Notes: a model not told the origin generated them from the letters alone. 64,000 nt of DNA from Fimbriimonadia bacterium (GCA_041483895.1 JBGPGO010000012.1:32001-96000), one strand, 5' to 3'; shown: positions 1 to 10,229, numbered from the stretch's first letter. Numbers and translations: made by a program.

Positions 1-240
1 GTGCTCCTCTTGAGTATCGTCCGTCGTCGAACTATGTTGGTCCCCCGAATCTCCTTTATGTCCTCCATGCCCACGATGCATGAAAATATGAAGAAGTGGA
101 CAGATCAAGAAGATTGCGTACGGCAGGACGCCGAAGAAGTGCGCAGTATGCTCGGTTACGAGGAAAAAAAGAAGCGCGGCGAGGAGCATGATTGCGCAGA
201 ATCCCGGCCACGTGCGCCAGAAGCTCAGAGTATTGTTCAT
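1..240 (-). CDS. DUF2933-family small membrane protein (copper cluster); 3' end runs off the window
   Basis: Not in the ORF track. Manual translation from ATG at 240 gives MNNTLSFWRTWPGFCAIMLLAALLFFLVTEHTAHFFGVLPYAIFLICPLLHIFMHRGHGGH, matching the EHxAH...LPY...CPLxHxFMHxGHG signature. ATGA overlap with the upstream stop codon. Confidence 0.85.
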   Translation of the reverse strand, partial: MNNTLSFWRTWPGFCAIMLLAALLFFLVTEHTAHFFGVLPYAIFLICPLLHIFMHRGHGGHKGDSGDQHSSTTDDTQEEH

Positions 241-524
241 GATGTCTCCCTGCCTCGAACCGAGGCGTTGTAGATCGTGCCCAAGAGCCAGCCGAATATC
301 CACACATATGCACTAATGGAGACCCAGCCAAGTGCAAAGCGGCCGAATTCGAACGACTGATTCTGCGCAGGGATCAGGGGGGTCAGGTCCAGAACGTGGA
401 CGAACGACCAGGCGAGCGAAACGACAAGGTCAGTCGCCGTGTAAGCGAAGATAGCGCAGATCGCGAAGAGAATCGCGATCGCTCCTCCAAGAGCATTGCC
501 TATCGCAGTGGGGTGCAACTTCAT
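237..524 (-). CDS. DUF5676-family membrane protein
   Basis: MKLHPTAIGNALG...FALGWV...GWLLGTIYN. Start moved to ATG 524 behind a GAGGA RBS; lies in a copper-type operon. Confidence 0.75.
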   Translation of the reverse strand: MKLHPTAIGNALGGAIAILFAICAIFAYTATDLVVSLAWSFVHVLDLTPLIPAQNQSFEFGRFALGWVSISAYVWIFGWLLGTIYNASVRGRETS

Positions 525-621
525 TTGAGTTTCCTCGTTGGCCGGATTGATGGCTCCTCCCAGGCCAAATCGTCGATCGGTTAAAGCTGGTTTCATGACG
601 CTCCCTAACCCAGTTCCTCCA

Positions 622-1389
622 CTACCATTTGAGTTCCAATTGCACGATGAACTCCGATCCGAAATCCTTGCGAGCACTGATCGGCGTCTCGTAGGCGACA
701 CCAACAATTGCGTTCTTGCTTACCTTCACTTTCGGTCCGAATAATGCGTTCAGGGTCGGCATCTCGCCTTTGGCCGCCATGCCTAACAGTTCAACGACCG
801 GATAGAAGCCCTTGGAGTGCTCACAGACATAAGCGATGCTTCCTTCCAGCATCTTTTCCTTAGGGTCGTAGTGAATGACCTGGTTGATGGCGGCGCGCTT
901 CATCGTTAGCGTTGACGAGAAGCCGTAGAGCGTCTTGATTCCGCTTCCCGCTTGGCGGGTGGGAAACTCGAATTCGATCAACGGCGCGATGCCGCTCATT
1001 CCGTCTTTGCTGCGAATCAGCGCGTATTGGAACATAGCCTCGGTAAAGGGGTCGGTGGTAAAAGCATCGCTTCGCAAATGGAATCCGATGAGCTTCGTGA
1101 GCCCGGTTTCGTAATGAAATGCAAAATCCCCGCGTGACCTCCCGTCCGCGCTCGTGGTCAAACCTGAAAGCCGGAGACTGTTCGTCCCGACGGCTTCTGG
1201 CATCCCCATGTGCGTGAAAAACGGGTGAGCCACTTCTTCATCTTCGCCCATGCCCATCGAACCTTGCGGCATGGTTTGGTGGTCTTGTTCTTGCAGACTC
1301 ATTCTCGCGGCGGGCGAAGCTGAGCCCGAGGCAAATCCGGTGGCTGTCACGAGCAGCAAAGACCATAGTAATGGTTGTTGTAGTTTCAT
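622..1389 (-). CDS. Secreted/outer-membrane beta-barrel-like protein with a His/Met-rich N-terminus (copper cluster)
   Basis: AGGAG RBS before ATG 1389, signal peptide, HPFFTHMGMP segment, amphipathic strands and terminal Trp. Confidence 0.65.
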   Translation of the reverse strand: MKLQQPLLWSLLLVTATGFASGSASPAARMSLQEQDHQTMPQGSMGMGEDEEVAHPFFTHMGMPEAVGTNSLRLSGLTTSADGRSRGDFAFHYETGLTKLIGFHLRSDAFTTDPFTEAMFQYALIRSKDGMSGIAPLIEFEFPTRQAGSGIKTLYGFSSTLTMKRAAINQVIHYDPKEKMLEGSIAYVCEHSKGFYPVVELLGMAAKGEMPTLNALFGPKVKVSKNAIVGVAYETPISARKDFGSEFIVQLELKW

Positions 1390-1597
1390 TTGGAATCTCC
1401 TAACATTGGGGCCGGCGTGGCGAAAGATTGAGAGTATGTACAAACGACTGCGCCAAATAGAACAGAGCCAGCGCTCCGCCTTGGGCATTCGCATATGCAA
1501 CAGGGTCGAGCCCCATGTTGTCCTCCCGGTGTTCTTGGGGTTGGCCTATGGAGTTTGATTGTTCGACTACATTTCGCCAGGATACTGCTCCGGGTAT

Positions 1598-1888
1598 TCA
1601 TCGCATCAGCCTCGATAGAGTTACCTGCAGCTCTTCCAGAAGATCGTCGGGCGACATGGGCTTCGAGTGTGCGTGTTCGGTGCTTGTGCCGTGGCCGAGA
1701 ATGCAGGTTTTGACGTGACTCGTCGCCAATTCCGCTCCGACTTGGTCCAATGCCGAGCGGACGGCTGCCAGCTGCGTTAGGATGTCCAGGCAGTACTGGT
1801 CCTGAGCTATCATTCGGCGCAGACCACCCACCTGGCCTTCGATTCGAGCTAGTCGGCGGTCAATCGCTTGCTTGGTTTCACTTTCCAC
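1598..1888 (-). CDS. csoR: CsoR/RcnR-family metal-sensitive repressor
   Basis: RLARIEGQVGGLRRMI...YCLDILTQLAAV...HVKTC motif with the Cys/His/Cys ligands. Confidence 0.9.
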   Translation of the reverse strand: MESETKQAIDRRLARIEGQVGGLRRMIAQDQYCLDILTQLAAVRSALDQVGAELATSHVKTCILGHGTSTEHAHSKPMSPDDLLEELQVTLSRLMR

Positions 1889-1897
1889 ATCGCCATT

Positions 1898-1913
1898 ATA
1901 CCCTATGGGGTAT
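1898..1913. promoter_or_regulatory. CsoR operator overlapping the -10 box
   Basis: ATACCCTATGGGGTAT pseudo-palindrome with the C-tract/G-tract form typical of CsoR sites; overlaps TATAAT (1895-1900, minus strand) just upstream of csoR. Confidence 0.85.
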
Positions 1914-3292
1914 CAGGCCGGGAAAAATCGTGGCAGAAGGTCCCGATTGGCCTCCAACAGCTCGTCCGCCAACCTCGGGATCTCACGAAATTCGACCATG
2001 TGGGTATGGTGATCGAGGTAGAGGGCATCGAGCAGCTTGCGGCGATTCCCCTCTAAAGCGGCCTGGACGGCCAGCTCTTGCACCTCCACGTGGGAGCGGC
2101 AGATGCCGGCGATCGGCTGGGGGAGCGGACCGGCGGCCTCATATCCAAACCCATCCGCCGTCAGCGTTGAAATCGATTCCACGACCACTTCACTCGGGAG
2201 CTCTGCGATCTGTCCGCGGTTCGGCACGTTCATCACGAACCGTTCCTTCCCCTTGGTGAGGACCGTCTCGATGATATCTGTCGCCTGTTCCGAACTGCGC
2301 CGCCACGGGATATCCTCTTCGCCGCTGACCCATCGTTGGACGCGTTCCGTGGCTTTCTTCTTCAGTTCATAGCGTTCCCGCATCGTGGTCTTCCGAATGC
2401 CGTAATCCATCGCGTACCGATTCGCTTGGCTGCACATGCTCGGCATGAATTCGACGAGATGGCGATCGCCGGCCATGGGAAGGGAGCCAAACGCCTTGCA
2501 CAGGGCGAGCTTGGCCTCCTTGTTGTTGGACCAACTGCTGGCAAAGTTGCCGGCCGCGGGATCGCCACCCTTGAACCACGCTTCGTGACTTTCCGCGAAT
2601 GCCCTCAGTTCCGGGTACCTGTCTTTGCCGCCGGTGAAAATGCGTGTAAGCCAGATAAAGTGATTGAGGCCGGCAACCTGCAGATCGAAGTCGCGCATCA
2701 GATAGTCCTGCCCGCGCTTTCCTTCCGGCCACGGCACGCCGAGGATGTCGCCGACGAATCCGATCTGCCCTTCCAGTTCATGGCACAGCCCAACCACCTT
2801 GCAATTGGGCGCTCCCAGGTTGATTGCCCGAGTGACACAGGTCAGCGGGTTAACGACATTGATGATCCAGCTTCCGGGCGCATGCTTTGACACGGCCTGA
2901 CCGACCTCGTGGGCGACCGAGCAGGTCCGGAGAGCCGCCGAAATCCCGCACGGTCCTGCCGTCATAGAGACGGGCTGCCGGACGCCGTAGGGAATCGGCA
3001 CTTCGAGGTCCCAATAGAAGGCATCGAGCGAACCCGGCGAGAAGGTGCAAAGCGTGAAATCCGCCCCGGAAACACACTCGTCCAGTGAATGTACCGGGAT
3101 GAATTTGAACTCCTTGCCGGATAGCCGATTGTATGGGCCTTCCAGGGACGCGATGAGCCGAAGCGCGGCGTCATCAGGATCGAGCAGGCGTATCTCGCCG
3201 CCCTCCAACGCATCGATATGATAAACATCCCGTATTAGTCCGGGGCACCAGTTGACGCTGCCTCCGCCCACGATACCAATGACCGTTTTCAT
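1913..3292 (-). CDS. Family 4 glycoside hydrolase (NAD-dependent alpha-galactosidase/glucosidase)
   Basis: IVGGGS Rossmann start, INVVNP, GLCHE, AGLNHFIW and GDRHLVEF motifs. Confidence 0.9.
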   Translation of the reverse strand: MKTVIGIVGGGSVNWCPGLIRDVYHIDALEGGEIRLLDPDDAALRLIASLEGPYNRLSGKEFKFIPVHSLDECVSGADFTLCTFSPGSLDAFYWDLEVPIPYGVRQPVSMTAGPCGISAALRTCSVAHEVGQAVSKHAPGSWIINVVNPLTCVTRAINLGAPNCKVVGLCHELEGQIGFVGDILGVPWPEGKRGQDYLMRDFDLQVAGLNHFIWLTRIFTGGKDRYPELRAFAESHEAWFKGGDPAAGNFASSWSNNKEAKLALCKAFGSLPMAGDRHLVEFMPSMCSQANRYAMDYGIRKTTMRERYELKKKATERVQRWVSGEEDIPWRRSSEQATDIIETVLTKGKERFVMNVPNRGQIAELPSEVVVESISTLTADGFGYEAAGPLPQPIAGICRSHVEVQELAVQAALEGNRRKLLDALYLDHHTHMVEFREIPRLADELLEANRDLLPRFFPA

Positions 3293-3403
3293 ACTAGGTC
3301 CTTTTCGCTTGACTTCACGATTTCCTGCACAGATTGTTTCTCATGCCGTGCGCGCGGTATGGAATACCGTACGAAAGTAGGCACTCATGACAGGAGGAAA
3401 CCT

Positions 3404-3949
3404 ATGGTTGCGCTAGCAGTAATGGGGTTGATCGTTACAACCGGAACGACTGTTTCAGGCGCGGTGATCGAGGGCCACACCAAAGTCGCCGGAGCGGTGG
3501 TGTTCATCGAGGGGCTACGCTCTGCGCCGGCGCCGAAGAGCCCGAAAATCGACCAGCGCAACATGAAGTTTGTTCCGAATCTATTGGTCGTGCCATCCGG
3601 AACCACCGTCACTTTCCCTAACAGTGACACAGTGTTTCATAACGTTTTCTCGTTCTACAACAACGACCGTTTCGATCTTGGCATGTATCCAAATGGAACC
3701 AAGAAGACCTGGAAATTCAGCAAGCCCGGAATCTGCGAACTATATTGCAACGTGCATCCGAGCATGAGAGCGCGGATTGTCATTGTAGACAGCACGGTGT
3801 ATGCAACTACCGACAAGAATGGAAGTTTCCAGTTAAAAGACGTGCCTGACGGCGACTATACGCTTGTGGTGATGCACGACAAGACTCCGACTAGACATAA
3901 GCTTTCGGTGAGGGGTGGTAAGTATGCGACGATTAATATTAATCTTTAG
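3404..3949 (+). CDS. Secreted cupredoxin-like plus carboxypeptidase-regulatory-like domain protein
   Basis: AGGAGG RBS, signal peptide, DQRNMKFVP...FPNSDTVFHNVFS...LYCNVHPSMRA (His/Cys/His/Met copper-ligand pattern). Confidence 0.8.
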   Translation: MVALAVMGLIVTTGTTVSGAVIEGHTKVAGAVVFIEGLRSAPAPKSPKIDQRNMKFVPNLLVVPSGTTVTFPNSDTVFHNVFSFYNNDRFDLGMYPNGTKKTWKFSKPGICELYCNVHPSMRARIVIVDSTVYATTDKNGSFQLKDVPDGDYTLVVMHDKTPTRHKLSVRGGKYATININL

Positions 3950-4835
3950 CTTTCTCCCACTCATGGCGGTGGGACAAAACTTTCGGCTTCATGCTGAGCA
4001 GTACTTCGATCATGCTCCGGCTCTGTTCGGCGATCGTGTAAAAGATCGTACACGGTGGTACTCCGCCGACTGGCTCCCGATTGATAAGGTCAAGGTGGTC
4101 GGCGGGTTCTTCGAGATGGAAACGCAGCACCGGCAAGTGATCGACGACACATACTTGCAGCTTGGTGACTCCAACATCAACGTCAGCTATGGGCGATTCC
4201 GCCCGGCATTCGGCATCAACTCATGGACAGATTTGTGGTACAGCGGATTGAACCAACTGCCCATGTTCAGGAAGATGCTGCCCATGCCGTCATTGCATCG
4301 CAGCGCCACAGGCGCGCAGGTATCCGGGTCCAAAGGTCCGTTCCAATTGACGGTGGCTTCCTTCGATCGAAGCAGCGAGGATTGGCAGCTTGCTCCGGTC
4401 AGCGTCGACGATTGGGTGACGCGTGTCCAATATTACACTCCGGGCCTGGTGCTTGGGCTGAACAACTATCAGGGCAACAATGGCTCCAGCGTTATCAATC
4501 TGGGCGGCGTGGATGCCATTTGGACTCGCAAGAACTGGCAGGTGCGCGGTGAGTATTTCGGCGGCAAAATATCCGGCGGCCGAAACACAATGTATAACTT
4601 CGAGACGTTCTACCATCCGACAATGCTGCCGCACACGACGTTTGTCGGCCGCGCGGAGGGCCTCCAGACTGGAGGGGGCACAACTTGGGGACAGGCATAT
4701 CGTCTAGGCATCAAGCAGAACCTTGCCAGCTTCGCGGCCGTGTATATCAATTACGGTTTCAGCAACGATAATGCTTTGGCATATATCGCGAATGGCTGGG
4801 ATCTCCAGGTTGTCCTCTTTGGCATTGGTCCCTAA
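3924..4835 (+). CDS. Putative outer-membrane beta-barrel/porin-like protein
   Basis: Signal peptide, GRFRPAFG motif, aromatic-rich alternating strands; overlaps both neighbouring genes. Confidence 0.65.
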   Translation: MRRLILIFSFLPLMAVGQNFRLHAEQYFDHAPALFGDRVKDRTRWYSADWLPIDKVKVVGGFFEMETQHRQVIDDTYLQLGDSNINVSYGRFRPAFGINSWTDLWYSGLNQLPMFRKMLPMPSLHRSATGAQVSGSKGPFQLTVASFDRSSEDWQLAPVSVDDWVTRVQYYTPGLVLGLNNYQGNNGSSVINLGGVDAIWTRKNWQVRGEYFGGKISGGRNTMYNFETFYHPTMLPHTTFVGRAEGLQTGGGTTWGQAYRLGIKQNLASFAAVYINYGFSNDNALAYIANGWDLQVVLFGIGP

Positions 4836-4860
4836 GCTGCAGCTAGGCATCCGGGGCAGG

Positions 4861-6969
4861 ATGATCGCTGTGCTGCTCGGCAGCTTGGCGCTATTCGCCG
4901 TTGTCGTTTTGGTATTTGGAGACGCGATCACCGGGCCGGTTGTGCGTCGCCAATTGACATTTTCTACTGAGCGCGCGAAGGATTTCGTTGAGCAGTCCAT
5001 TCTGGAACGGGCAGCATTGCAGGAGAGAACTGTTCGGGCGCTGGCCAATCAGTCCGTCCTTCGAGCGGCGATGAGCAGCAACGATCCAGGCACGATTGCA
5101 CAGGCATTCGGAACGGAAACAAATCGGTTTGGCATTACCGAATTCGAGATCCGCGATGCAACCGGACGTTTGATTGGCGGCAACGGGCCCGAAATCCCGG
5201 TCACAGCGCCAACTGTATCCCAGAATCACAGTTGTTCGATGATTGAAAAGTTCGACGGAAAGTACTTCCTGAGCGCGTTTGTGTGGGTATATGACTATGA
5301 TTCCGGTTCGGTTTTTGCCGACGAGCATGCGAAGGAATCCATTGTTGGAAGCATCCGCATTCGTACGCCGTTGGATCAAGGTTGGTCCGATTCGCTCAAT
5401 CGAGCGACGAACTCCGAAGTAGCGTTTGTCTGGAACGATTCCGTAATTGCCCGGACAGCCGGCATAACGATGTCCGATGCTCTCTACCTTTCGCACCATC
5501 ACACGGCCGGCGCAACGGAGTCTCGTGTCCACGGCGCGGATTTTCTCTACGCCATAGCCAAGAGTCCGTTTGATCTGCAAGTCTTGATTGCAAGAGACGT
5601 AAATAACGCAATGCCGGGCTGGCGAACCGCGCGCCGAGCTATCGCCTGCGTAGCGTTGGTGGCGATGATTCTTTCCGTCTTCATCGGCATGGCGTTATCC
5701 CGATCGATCACGCAACCACTCAGCATGTTCGTACGCGCGGCAGACGCCGTTCGACACGGAAGCTGGCCGGAGCCATTGCCCAAAAGCGGACCGACCGAAA
5801 TCGAATTCCTTGCTGACACATTTAACGAAATGGTGCAATCGTTGCGGGCGCAAGAGGAAAAGCTGCTTGCGCTTGCCTACGTCGATCCGCTGACGGACCT
5901 GTACAACCATCGCTATTTTCAGGATCGGTTGATCGAAAAAGTTACGTCGGGTTCCTCCTGCGGGCTGATCATGATCGATTGTGACAATTTTCATCGCTAC
6001 AACGAACGCCACGGTCATAAAATGGGTGATGAGGCGCTGGTAAAGATTGCGAACGTGATTGCCCGGCACATCTCCAACGGTGTGGATGCGTGCCGGTATG
6101 GCGGTGAGCAGTTTGCCGTTCTGCTGACGGACTGTCTTCCCGCGCGAGCGCAGGCGGTGGCGGAAGCGATTCGCAGTGGTGTGCAAACAGAGATGAGCGA
6201 CGTCGAATTGACGGTCAGCGCCGGAACAGGGATGTTTCCTGCCGACACCAGCTCGCATCAGGGGCTGCTCATGGCGGCGGAGCTCGCGCTGTTGCACTCC
6301 AAGAACAGCGGCCGCAACTGCGTGACCTCATACAGCGAGGTACCGGCAGCGACCACATTGGAAGACCCCGCCAATCTATACAGCACGTTGCGGAGCGGCG
6401 ACCTTACGACGATCACGGCGTTGGCGGCGGCAGTGGACGCAAAGGACAACTATACGCATGGCCACTCGGCCAACGTGAGCCGGCTCTCGGTGATGCTGGG
6501 GCAGGCGCTTGGGATGGAAAGCCAGGAGCTGGAACGGCTGCGAATGTCCGCGTTGATGCACGACGTCGGCAAGATTGGCGTTCCGGACGCGGTTCTCAAG
6601 AAGGACGGAAAGCTGACCGACGAGGAGTTCGAGCAAATGAAGACCCATACGACAATTGGGCATGCCATCGCGATGCAGGCAAATCTTAACCACCTCGCGG
6701 CCGGGATCCGGAGCCATCACGAGCGATGGGACGGCAAGGGATATCCCGACCGGGCGGCCGGCGACAAGATCCCGTTCATGGCCCGAATCATCGGCTTGGC
6801 GGATTCATTCGACGCGATGACGAGCGATCGCTGCTATCGTAAAGCGCCGGGGATCGATTTCGCGTTGGAGCAGATCGAGAAGGGGATCGGGTTGCAATTC
6901 GACCCCGAATTGGCCCCAGTGTTCATCCAGCTCATTCGGGAACGGGAAGATATTCAACAGGCGGCCTAG
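4861..6969 (+). CDS. Membrane sensor with HAMP, degenerate GGDEF and HD-GYP domains (c-di-GMP turnover); start approximate
   Basis: Two TM helices, HAMP (EIEFLADTFNEM), DPLTDLYNHR...RYGGEQF, then HDVGKIG...HHERWDGKGYP. Confidence 0.88.
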   Translation: MIAVLLGSLALFAVVVLVFGDAITGPVVRRQLTFSTERAKDFVEQSILERAALQERTVRALANQSVLRAAMSSNDPGTIAQAFGTETNRFGITEFEIRDATGRLIGGNGPEIPVTAPTVSQNHSCSMIEKFDGKYFLSAFVWVYDYDSGSVFADEHAKESIVGSIRIRTPLDQGWSDSLNRATNSEVAFVWNDSVIARTAGITMSDALYLSHHHTAGATESRVHGADFLYAIAKSPFDLQVLIARDVNNAMPGWRTARRAIACVALVAMILSVFIGMALSRSITQPLSMFVRAADAVRHGSWPEPLPKSGPTEIEFLADTFNEMVQSLRAQEEKLLALAYVDPLTDLYNHRYFQDRLIEKVTSGSSCGLIMIDCDNFHRYNERHGHKMGDEALVKIANVIARHISNGVDACRYGGEQFAVLLTDCLPARAQAVAEAIRSGVQTEMSDVELTVSAGTGMFPADTSSHQGLLMAAELALLHSKNSGRNCVTSYSEVPAATTLEDPANLYSTLRSGDLTTITALAAAVDAKDNYTHGHSANVSRLSVMLGQALGMESQELERLRMSALMHDVGKIGVPDAVLKKDGKLTDEEFEQMKTHTTIGHAIAMQANLNHLAAGIRSHHERWDGKGYPDRAAGDKIPFMARIIGLADSFDAMTSDRCYRKAPGIDFALEQIEKGIGLQFDPELAPVFIQLIREREDIQQAA

Positions 6970-7014
6970 GTCCTCTAACAGCCCCGCTCCGGTACAATAG
7001 GGCGCAACGCACCC

Positions 7015-9753
7015 ATGGACTATCGAAGCACCCTCAACCTACCCAACCAGGAATTCACCATCCCCATGCGCGCGGGTCTGCCGACCTTGGAGCCCGAGTT
7101 GCAGGCGCGTTGGGATGAGATGGGCTTGTACGCCCGCATTCAGGAGCACACGAAGGAGCGGCCACCCTATATTTTCCACGACGGCCCCCCATACACGAAC
7201 TACCCGCTCCACATGGGAACGGCTCTCAACCGCATTCTCAAGGATTTTGTGGTCCGGTACCGATCGATGGCGGGATTCCACGTGCCGTATGTGCCGGGAT
7301 TTGATAATCACGGGATGCCGATCGAACTGGCGGTGCTCAAGAAGTTTCGCGAAAAGGGCGAAACCCCCACCAAGCCGGAGCTATGCAAAGCCTGCCGGGA
7401 ACACGCATCGTTTTATATTGACTTGCAAATCAAGCAGTGCAAGCGGCTGGGGCAGATCGCCGACTGGGAACACCGATACGCCAGCATGGATCCGCAGTAC
7501 GAGGGCGACCTACTCCGCCAATTCGGCGTACTGCTGGAAAAAGGATACATTTATCGCGGCCTGCGGCCGGTTGTCTGGTGCACGACCTGCACTACAGCGC
7601 TGGCCGAAGCCGAGATTGAATACGACGAGCACGCGAGCGATTCGATCCTCGTCGCCTTTCCGCTGCGCGAGGATCCGAACGGTGTCTTTGCTGGCCGCCC
7701 CCATGCTCATGCGGTGATCTGGACGACCACACCGTGGACGATACCGGCCAATCTCGCCATCGCCGCGTCGCCCGATTTGGACTATTCGTTCGTCGAAGCC
7801 GGGAGAAGGACCTATCTGATATCGAGCGGGCTGGTCGAATCCGTGATGAATGAGGCGGGCCTGTCGGGCTACTCGGTGGCAGGCACCGTGCATGGTTCGG
7901 AGCTGGACGGTCTGGTTTTCTCGCACCCGATTTTCGACCGTCCGTCGCCTATCTTAATGGTGGACTACGTGCGGGAAGAGGAGGGAACCGGTCTTGTTCA
8001 TACCGCGCCGGGCCATGGTGCAGAGGACTTCCTAACGGGAAAAAAGTACGGGCTGCAAATCCTGTGCCCGGTCGATGCGAACGGCGTGTTCACGAAAGAT
8101 GCCGGGGAGTTCGCAGGCCTTCCCATCGCGCCGGAAGGAAACACGCGAGTGATCGAGCGGCTGAAGGAGGAAGGGCTGCTGCTAGACCACCGGCCGTATC
8201 AGCACCAATACCCGCACTGCTGGCGCTGCCACGGCCCGCTCATCTTCCGCGCCACTAACCAGTGGTTCCTCAGCATCGATCACGACGGATTGCGGGAGAG
8301 GATGCTGCATGAGGTCGGCAAGGTGCGATGGGTCCCCGCCCATGGCGTCAATCGGATCGGCTCGATGGTGGAAAATCGGCCGGACTGGTGTCTCAGCCGC
8401 CAGCGCGCCTGGGGAATCCCGATCCCGGCCTTCTATGCCCCCGGCGATCCGGAACCGCTCATTACTACTGATATCATCGATGCCGCAGCCAAGATTATCG
8501 ATAAAGAAGGCGTCGAGGGCTGGTACACGGCGACATCGGAGCGGGTGCTCGGCGCCGACTTCCGATACAAAGGCGTGCCGGCTGCCAAGTTGGAAAAAGA
8601 GACCGATATTTTGGACGTCTGGTTCGATTCGGGCTGTAGCCACCTGCTGGTACTGGATAAACGGCCGGAACTATCGTGGCCCGCGGACCTCTATCTGGAA
8701 GGGTCGGACCAACATCGGGGATGGTTCAACACCTCCCTGGTCACGGGGTGCGCGATCAAGGGCTCGGCCCCCTATCGCACGGTGGTCACGCACGGATGGG
8801 TATTGGACGCGAACTATAAAAAAATGTCCAAGTCGCTCGGCAACGTGCTGGAGCCGATGGAGATGGCGGACAAACTTGGGGCGGATATGCTGCGTCTTTG
8901 GGCGGCCAACATCACCTATTTCGAAGACGTCGCGGCGTCGGAAGGTCTGATCCAGCAGCACGCGGACGCATTCCGCCGCGTCTGGAACACTCTGCGATTC
9001 CTGCTGGCAAATCTGTCCGATTACTCACCAGACCATGGGGGCAGGATGGGCGAACTGGATCGCTGGACCTGCGATCAATGGCATGGCGTTTTGGAGAACA
9101 GCCGCAAGTACTATGACGCCTTCGAATTCCACAAGGCTTGGGATGAGGTGCAGCTTTTCTGCACGAACCAGATGAGCTCGTTCCATATGGATGTAACGAA
9201 GGACCTGATGTATTGTGACGTGGAGGACCCGGCTGCCCGGCGGGGAGCGCAGGCCGCTTACTTCTATCTGGCCTCCGGCATCTGCCGGTCTGTTGCGCCA
9301 ATCCTGCCGCATGCGATGGAGCGCGTGTGGGACAAGCTGAGAGAGTTGGACCCGTCGCTGCCGGGGAGCGTCCATCTGGCTGACTTTCCGACGGCGGATG
9401 CGGCAGGATTGACGGACGAAGAGCGTGATCGCTGGGTGGCACTGATGAAGTTGCGGGAGGAGATCAACCAGGAATTTGAGAAGCGGAAGGCCGAGGGGGG
9501 CTTCAAGGACAGCTTCGACGCCTGCCTCAGCCTGAAGCCTCCGGCCGAACTCGGCCCGCTGGCGGAGCCGGAGACGCTCGCGATGCTGCTCAAGTTCTCC
9601 GCCGTTCAGTTGGGCGGCGAAGTGGCGTTTTCTGCCGCGCCGGGACAGAAATGCGAGCGTTGCAGATTGTGGCGGCAGGATGTCGGCTCCGACTCGGGGC
9701 ACCCCACTGTTTGCGCCCGATGCGCCACCGTTGTGAGAAGGAAACCGGCTTGA
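7015..9753 (+). CDS. ileS: Isoleucine--tRNA ligase
   Basis: DGPPY..LHMGT, WTTTPWT, GTGLVHTAPGHG, GSDQHRGWF, KMSKS and C-terminal Zn finger. Confidence 0.97.
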   Translation: MDYRSTLNLPNQEFTIPMRAGLPTLEPELQARWDEMGLYARIQEHTKERPPYIFHDGPPYTNYPLHMGTALNRILKDFVVRYRSMAGFHVPYVPGFDNHGMPIELAVLKKFREKGETPTKPELCKACREHASFYIDLQIKQCKRLGQIADWEHRYASMDPQYEGDLLRQFGVLLEKGYIYRGLRPVVWCTTCTTALAEAEIEYDEHASDSILVAFPLREDPNGVFAGRPHAHAVIWTTTPWTIPANLAIAASPDLDYSFVEAGRRTYLISSGLVESVMNEAGLSGYSVAGTVHGSELDGLVFSHPIFDRPSPILMVDYVREEEGTGLVHTAPGHGAEDFLTGKKYGLQILCPVDANGVFTKDAGEFAGLPIAPEGNTRVIERLKEEGLLLDHRPYQHQYPHCWRCHGPLIFRATNQWFLSIDHDGLRERMLHEVGKVRWVPAHGVNRIGSMVENRPDWCLSRQRAWGIPIPAFYAPGDPEPLITTDIIDAAAKIIDKEGVEGWYTATSERVLGADFRYKGVPAAKLEKETDILDVWFDSGCSHLLVLDKRPELSWPADLYLEGSDQHRGWFNTSLVTGCAIKGSAPYRTVVTHGWVLDANYKKMSKSLGNVLEPMEMADKLGADMLRLWAANITYFEDVAASEGLIQQHADAFRRVWNTLRFLLANLSDYSPDHGGRMGELDRWTCDQWHGVLENSRKYYDAFEFHKAWDEVQLFCTNQMSSFHMDVTKDLMYCDVEDPAARRGAQAAYFYLASGICRSVAPILPHAMERVWDKLRELDPSLPGSVHLADFPTADAAGLTDEERDRWVALMKLREEINQEFEKRKAEGGFKDSFDACLSLKPPAELGPLAEPETLAMLLKFSAVQLGGEVAFSAAPGQKCERCRLWRQDVGSDSGHPTVCARCATVVRRKPA

Positions 9754-10229
9754 CCCGGCACCGCCTGTTCCTGCTGTTTTGTTTCGTCGTGCTGGTCTTG
9801 GACCGATTGACAAAACTGTGGGCGGCGGGCTCTTTGGCGGAGCATCAATCCATGGCGGCCATCCCCGGATTCCTGTATTTCACGCTTACGTACAACACGG
9901 GCATCGCGTTCGGGCTGCTACAAAACCTGCAATGGCTCACAATTCCCGTCTCCGTATTGATCATCTTTGGGGCCATGATCTTGCACTTTCGATCGGATCA
10001 CGAGGATCGTTGGACCGGGTCGGCGTTGGGGCTGCTGGTCGGTGGTGCCATCGCGAATCTGTTCGATCGCATTGCCTATGGGCGGGTCACAGACTTTCTC
10101 GATCTGCGCTGGTGGCCGGTGTTCAATCTGGCGGATTCCGCGATCGTCATCGCGGTGTTCATCCTCGCCTTGCACGGCCTTTTCACCCCCGGCCATCGCC
10201 CGACGCCCGCCGAACAGGTGTCCGAATAG
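9750..10229 (+). CDS. lspA: Lipoprotein signal peptidase II
   Basis: NTGIAFG, GAIANLFDR, VTDF and FNLADS motifs; TTG start overlaps the ileS stop. Confidence 0.95.
   Translation: MTRHRLFLLFCFVVLVLDRLTKLWAAGSLAEHQSMAAIPGFLYFTLTYNTGIAFGLLQNLQWLTIPVSVLIIFGAMILHFRSDHEDRWTGSALGLLVGGAIANLFDRIAYGRVTDFLDLRWWPVFNLADSAIVIAVFILALHGLFTPGHRPTPAEQVSE

Noticed and set aside
1..273. + strand 90-aa ORF from the ORF track
   Set aside because: The opposite strand encodes a recognisable DUF2933 protein.
6970..7014. T-box leader for ileS
   Set aside because: The intergenic space is only 45 nt and contains a -10-like box.
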